From an uncultured Planctomycetaceae bacterium (lineage in GTDB: Bacteria > Planctomycetota > Planctomycetia > Planctomycetales > Planctomycetaceae): a stretch of 64,000 nt of DNA. Position numbers and translations under genes: made by a program. The stretch covers positions 1 through 64,000 of the forward strand of contig CAXBME010000001.1 in the NCBI GenBank assembly GCA_963976765.1, given 5' to 3'. The notes beneath the pieces are model-generated. The model ran no database searches. It worked only from the letters and a program-made list of their open reading frames with translations, and was not told where the DNA came from. How positions within the stretch are numbered: position 1 is the first letter of the stretch; each line of letters begins with the position of its first letter. Positions 59,297 to 64,000 of the stretch are shown here, one piece after another.

Positions 59297-60358
59297 ATGG
59301 AGAACGCTATGGCGGGGGGAGTAACCCGAAACTGCTATGACCTGACGCAGACTTACCGTTGGAATTACGACAATGCTCCGGAACCGGTCGAAACTGAAGT
59401 GCCACCGTTTGGCGGAGACTGGACCTTCTGCGGTTTGAAGGTGGCTTCGCCTCTGGGGATTCCGGCCGGGCCGCTGCTGAACGGCAAATGGGTGCTTTAC
59501 TACGCATCGCTGGGCTTCGACGTGCTGACTTATAAAACGGTCAGGAGTTCGCAGCGGGACTGCTACCCGCTGCCGAACCTCGTTCCAGTCGAGACTGGTC
59601 AACTGACGGGTAGCGAGAAGCGACTTGCCGAGTCCCGCTCACCGAGCGGAAGCTGGGCTGTCAGCTTCGGGATGCCGTCCGCTGATCCGGAAATCTGGAG
59701 GCAGGATGTCGAAGAAACCCGCAGACGCCTGCCGCCTGAGAAACTGTTGTCCGTCTCTGTCGTCGGGACTGTTCAGCCTGGTTGGACGATCGACGACCTG
59801 GCTGCTGATTACGCCACTTGTGCGAAGTGGGCGGTCGATGCCGGAGCGGACACGATCGAGACAAACTTTTCCTGTCCGAACGTCGAAACCTGCGACGGTC
59901 AGCTTTATCAGAATCCAGCCGAGGCAGCGAAGGTCGCCGATGCCGTGCGGCAGGCAATCGGTAATCGACCGTTGATTCTGAAAATCGGACACATGACAAC
60001 GTCCGCCGATGCCGAAGAACTTCTTAAGGCCGTCGGGCCATTTGCAACGGCCATCGCCATGACGAATAGCGTGGCCACAACCGTCGAAAGCAAAGACGGA
60101 ACCTTGCTGTTTGATGGTCAGCAGCGAGGCATCTGCGGCGAGGCCACGTTCGATGCGTCGTTGCAGCAGACGCAGTTGTTTTCCGATCTGATCAGCAAAC
60201 GTCGCGACGACGTGCGTATCATCAGTGTCGGTGGAGTTTCATCGGTCGAGCATGTCCGAAGTTGTCTTGAGGCTGGGGCTGAAGGCGTTCACATTGCAAC
60301 TGCTGTGATGCTTGACCCAACAGTGGCTCTGAAGATTCGCAGAGGCTGGGAATTCTGA
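59297..60358 (+). CDS. Dihydroorotate dehydrogenase-like FMN protein
   Basis: SPLGIPAGPLLN, LTYKTV, ETNFSCPN, LKI, TNSV, VGGV; start uncertain. Confidence 0.85.
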   Translation: MENAMAGGVTRNCYDLTQTYRWNYDNAPEPVETEVPPFGGDWTFCGLKVASPLGIPAGPLLNGKWVLYYASLGFDVLTYKTVRSSQRDCYPLPNLVPVETGQLTGSEKRLAESRSPSGSWAVSFGMPSADPEIWRQDVEETRRRLPPEKLLSVSVVGTVQPGWTIDDLAADYATCAKWAVDAGADTIETNFSCPNVETCDGQLYQNPAEAAKVADAVRQAIGNRPLILKIGHMTTSADAEELLKAVGPFATAIAMTNSVATTVESKDGTLLFDGQQRGICGEATFDASLQQTQLFSDLISKRRDDVRIISVGGVSSVEHVRSCLEAGAEGVHIATAVMLDPTVALKIRRGWEF

Positions 60359-60379
60359 GCGAACACGGATTTCGAAACT

Positions 60380-60447
60380 GCCGGGTCGGCACTGTCCACC
60401 GATCACTCGTAGCGGGCTGGTTGACTGGTGGGCGGTGTCCACCCTGC
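60380..60447. repeat. Inverted REP pair (GGTGGGCxGTGTCCACCCT type)
   Basis: gccgggtcggcactgtccacc ... ggtgggcggtgtccaccctgc. Confidence 0.55.
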
Positions 60448-60476
60448 TTATGAGGTTGGTGATGTGGCACTCTGAA

Positions 60477-61718
60477 ATGAGCAACACTTGTCTGAGTCGT
60501 CGGCAGTGGATGCGGAGAAGTTCGCGTTCACTTCTGGCTGCCTCAACAGTGACTGCTGTGTCCTGGGCCGGGGGGGCAGCGTGCTTTGGTCAGGACGTTG
60601 AGGACTCGTCGTCGTCGGATCAGTCCGAGTCGTCAAAGCGGTCAGTGTTCAGGTTCCGTGACGAAGCTGGGAACGAGACATCTATCAACGGTCGCGTGCT
60701 GGTTCGCGCGAGCGACGGTTTGCTGGTCGAAGATCCAGCTCGGCGACTATGGACCATTACCTCGACGCAGCTTGATGAGGAAACGGTTACCGACCAGCCA
60801 TTTGCGTTTTTCGATTTCGAACAACTGGGGAGTCGTCTTGTCGAAGAAGGTCGAGCGGCTGGAATCGAGGCAGACTTTCACGTTCACACGACTGACAATT
60901 ACGTGATCGCTGCTTCAACGCCCGAGGCTTATTCCGAATGGACCAGTCAGCTTTTAGAGCGGATGCAGATTGCGTTTCAGAGTTACTGGAAGAACCGCCG
61001 GTTTGAACTGACTCCACTGGATTCGCCTCTGCCGGTGCTCATTCTTTCGAACCAGTCACAGTTTGCGAAGATGGCCGAATTCGATCGGACGCCAGCTTCG
61101 GCGAACGGGCAGGGGTATTACCTCGTCACTGCGAACCGGATCGTCCTGTTCGATCTGACGGCTCAGGATGGAGATTCACCAGCGACGACGATTGCCGAAG
61201 TACAACGACGAACGCAGCAAATTCCAGCCAGTGTGGCGACAGTCGTTCACGAAGCGACGCACCAGATCGCGTTCAATCGGGGAATGCATCGTCGCTACGC
61301 GGACAACCCGGTGTGGCTGACCGAGGGCATGGCGATGTACTTCGAAGCTCCCGACCTCAACAGCCGTCGAGGCTGGAGCGGTATCGGCAAAGTAAACGCG
61401 GCGCGGCTGTTTCGCTTTCGAGAGTTTCTCAAAACGAAACGCGAACCCGACTCGATCGAAACTCTGGTCAGCGACAACAGTCGATTTGCAGATGCAGATT
61501 CCGCGATCGATGCGTACGCCGAGGCGTGGGCGTTGACTTACTTTCTGATCCGAACACGCATCCGCGACTACTCGCAGTACCTTCGACAGATCTCTCAAAA
61601 GCAGCCTCTTCGCTGGAGCAAACCCGATGAACGCCTCGCGGAGTTTGAATCAGCCTTCGGCAGCGACCTCGCGTCACTGAACCGCGAGTTCCTCAGCTTC
61701 ATGAGTCGTCTGCGGTAG
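60477..61718 (+). CDS. DUF1570 zincin-like protein with Tat-like signal
   Basis: SRRQWM, TVVHEATHQIAFN, PVWLTEGMAMYFE, YAEAWALTYFL. Confidence 0.9.
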   Translation: MSNTCLSRRQWMRRSSRSLLAASTVTAVSWAGGAACFGQDVEDSSSSDQSESSKRSVFRFRDEAGNETSINGRVLVRASDGLLVEDPARRLWTITSTQLDEETVTDQPFAFFDFEQLGSRLVEEGRAAGIEADFHVHTTDNYVIAASTPEAYSEWTSQLLERMQIAFQSYWKNRRFELTPLDSPLPVLILSNQSQFAKMAEFDRTPASANGQGYYLVTANRIVLFDLTAQDGDSPATTIAEVQRRTQQIPASVATVVHEATHQIAFNRGMHRRYADNPVWLTEGMAMYFEAPDLNSRRGWSGIGKVNAARLFRFREFLKTKREPDSIETLVSDNSRFADADSAIDAYAEAWALTYFLIRTRIRDYSQYLRQISQKQPLRWSKPDERLAEFESAFGSDLASLNREFLSFMSRLR

Positions 61719-61891
61719 CCGTGTTCGAGGATCGCTTTGACAGCAAAGCGACAACCTGGCAACACCGGCTCCAGACACTGACGCGTTGAAAAGTACCCCA
61801 CGGAGCTGCGCAAATTCTGGCCAGCTCATTTTCATGCAAATTGAAAAGGTCACAACTTCTACGAAAGCTGCAACTTCGGGCGCCGACGGCC

Positions 61892-63310
61892 TCACGAGAG
61901 TATCTCAAGGACCGGCTGGCCAGTGACTAACTGGTGAGGCCGTTCGGTCTGGTCGTGCAGGACTGTGTCGGGCGGGATGCCCAACAGGTGGTACAGCGTG
62001 GCGGCGAAATCGGCCTGAGTGCGAGGTGACTCGGCGGGATAGGCGGCGGAGTTGTCGGAAGCCCCGTAGATTGTTCCGGGGCGGATACCGGCTCCTGCCA
62101 ACGCGAGGGAGTACACCCAGGGCCAATGGTCTCGACCGGCGTTCTTATTGATCGTTGGGGTGCGACCGAACTCGGCGTTTACGACGACCAGGGTTTCGTC
62201 GAGCAGGCCTCGCTCTTTCAGGTCGGTAAACAGACCATGAAGTGCTGCATCCAGCGTCGGGGCCAGTGACTCTTTCATCTTCTTGAAGTTGCCGCTGTGT
62301 GTGTCCCAGGATCCGCTGGGAGTGTGGCAATAGCTGACGTTGACCATCGGGACACCTGCTTCGATGAGCCGCCGAGCCAGCACGCAACGTTGGCCAAACT
62401 CTGTCCAGCCGTAAGTGTCCCGAAGCGATCGTGGTTCGTCGGCCAGGTCAAACGCCCGTCTCGTTGCCGGAGAACTGAGCAGCGAAAACGCTCGTTGATA
62501 GAACGTGTCGAGGTTCGCTGCCGATGCTGAGTTGTCGATGGATTGGCGCTGGCCATCGATTTCACGCAGCAGCGACTGACGGGAACCGACTCGGCTGGCC
62601 GTGAGTTCTGTTGATGGTTCGATCGCCTCGATTCGGACATCTTCTTTCAGCAGTTTCTGGTCAACAGCGAAGTGACCATGCCTCGCGCCGAGAAAGCCCG
62701 GCAACTGACCGTGCAGAGTTGTTCCATTGCTTCTTCGCATTAACGGTCCGAGCCGCACCCACGACGGTAGACTGCCCGTTGCAGGTCGCAGGTGATCAAG
62801 AACGGCTCCAAAGGCAGGGAAGTCGCTCGCGGCTGGCGGAAAGTCTGTTTGTGGAGTGCCGGGCGGATGTTTGTGTCCGGTGCCGGCGGGGAGACTTGCT
62901 GTCACGTGATTTGGATTATCGTGCGACATCGACCGGATGATGGCCATCTGCTCGGCGATCGTCGCCGAACGAGGTAGCAGTTCTGAAAACTGAACGCCGG
63001 GCAGACTGGTGGAGATCGCTCCGAACTCACCCTTCACAGCGGACGGTCCGTTTGGTTTTGGGTCAAACGTCTCCTGCTGCGGATGACCACCGTGCAGATA
63101 GAGCATGATCACGCCGCGAACTCTGCCAAAGCTCCCGCCAGCCGTGGCAGCATTTGCCCGACGACGCAATAGCTCGGGAAGCGTCAGTCCGATGCCGAAT
63201 GCGCTTCCCGCCCGCAGGGCCGAACGCCTCGTGATTGCAGAAATACTTTGGAAACCTGAGCAGCCGTCTGCCGTTGGAACGCTGGTTGCCGAGTTGTCTG
63301 GAAACGTCAT
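61892..63310 (-). CDS. DUF1501 domain protein with Tat signal
   Basis: TRRSAL, LYLHGG..QETFDPKP, LARRLIEAGV, WDTH, EFGRTP, GRDHW. Confidence 0.93.
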   Translation of the reverse strand: MTFPDNSATSVPTADGCSGFQSISAITRRSALRAGSAFGIGLTLPELLRRRANAATAGGSFGRVRGVIMLYLHGGHPQQETFDPKPNGPSAVKGEFGAISTSLPGVQFSELLPRSATIAEQMAIIRSMSHDNPNHVTASLPAGTGHKHPPGTPQTDFPPAASDFPAFGAVLDHLRPATGSLPSWVRLGPLMRRSNGTTLHGQLPGFLGARHGHFAVDQKLLKEDVRIEAIEPSTELTASRVGSRQSLLREIDGQRQSIDNSASAANLDTFYQRAFSLLSSPATRRAFDLADEPRSLRDTYGWTEFGQRCVLARRLIEAGVPMVNVSYCHTPSGSWDTHSGNFKKMKESLAPTLDAALHGLFTDLKERGLLDETLVVVNAEFGRTPTINKNAGRDHWPWVYSLALAGAGIRPGTIYGASDNSAAYPAESPRTQADFAATLYHLLGIPPDTVLHDQTERPHQLVTGQPVLEILS

Positions 63311-63394
63311 CCGAATCCCCATTTTTAACGAGAGATCAGAAGCGTCAGTCTGCCAGCAATTGCGACATGAGTAAAGGTGACCGAGTGACGGCGA

Positions 63395-64000
63395 TCAGTT
63401 CAGGCCGACACTGACGACTCGGTCGAGCCCGATCGAAACGCCCTGGACAAACAGTCTGTCCTGCGCTCCGTCTGCCGCGACGATTGCTCTCCCGCTGAGA
63501 ACCTGGCCGTCTCTTGTCACCGCCTGCACGTTCTTGCCTTCGACATCTTTCAGCGACAGGACGTTTTTGACCTTACTGGCGTCAATTTCGGAGGACTGAA
63601 CGTCTCCCGAATTATCGACGGTTTCAAAGATCAGAAACTCTTTGCCGTCACGGTTCACGACGCCTCGAACGGTGCCGAGTTCCGTTGCTCCGCTACCAAT
63701 GTCGGCGGCAACCAGCTCACCGACATACGACTGAGAACTGTTCACAGAAACGACACGACTGATCGGCACGTCCACGCCGTTGATACCGACAAACGTCTCA
63801 CCGCCAGCCAGGAACGCTCGGTCCACGACGCCGACTGTCGAATCATCAAGTGTCACCGTCTGCCCGATGTAAGATGCACCGACCGAAAGCTTCTGCCCGA
63901 AATCAGTCTCACTTTTCTCCAGCGACGTCGCGACTTTTTTGAGTGTGTCGCTCAGCTCGATGTTCGACGTCAGGCCCTGCATTGTGGCGAGCTGGTTCAG
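63395..64000 (-). CDS. flgD: Flagellar hook-capping protein FlgD-like (5' end outside the window)
   Basis: Open from the edge: LNQLATMQGL...L...L, then GASYIGQTV, as in the FlgD N-terminal region. Confidence 0.75.
   Translation of the reverse strand: MNQLATMQGLTSNIELSDTLKKVATSLEKSETDFGQKLSVGASYIGQTVTLDDSTVGVVDRAFLAGGETFVGINGVDVPISRVVSVNSSQSYVGELVAADIGSGATELGTVRGVVNRDGKEFLIFETVDNSGDVQSSEIDASKVKNVLSLKDVEGKNVQAVTRDGQVLSGRAIVAADGAQDRLFVQGVSIGLDRVVSVGLN

Overview
GC-rich chromosomal window from a planctomycete, probably Planctomycetaceae (DUF1501, DUF1549/DUF1553 cytochrome c, DUF1559 and DUF1570 proteins, a sulfatase-DUF1080 fusion, Flp-like pilins). It holds about 46 genes, mostly housekeeping or envelope: alaS, tsaE, mazG, yhaO/yhaN-like pair, HU, MutS-like, UDP-sugar enzymes, deoC, rsmH, ftsI, uvrD, partial flgD. 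I found no rRNA, tRNA, CRISPR array or prophage. Highlights: (1) a reduced division/cell-wall cluster rsmH-[membrane-anchored FG/DPF-repeat disordered protein with two LysM domains]-[FtsL-like]-ftsI, in a lineage known to lack FtsZ; (2) an apparently catalytically dead Mre11/YhaO homolog beside a membrane-anchored Rad50/SbcE-like ATPase and an intact MBL hydrolase; (3) a strand-specific structured leader of about 125 nt in front of the HU gene; (4) recurring GGA-in-hairpin-loop (CsrA-type) leaders; (5) a sigma54-type promoter before two atypical Flp-like pilins; (6) an insertion-element end that interrupts a DUF1801 gene at the left edge; (7) several intergenic REP-like palindrome families. 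All assignments come from reading motifs by eye; no searches were run.
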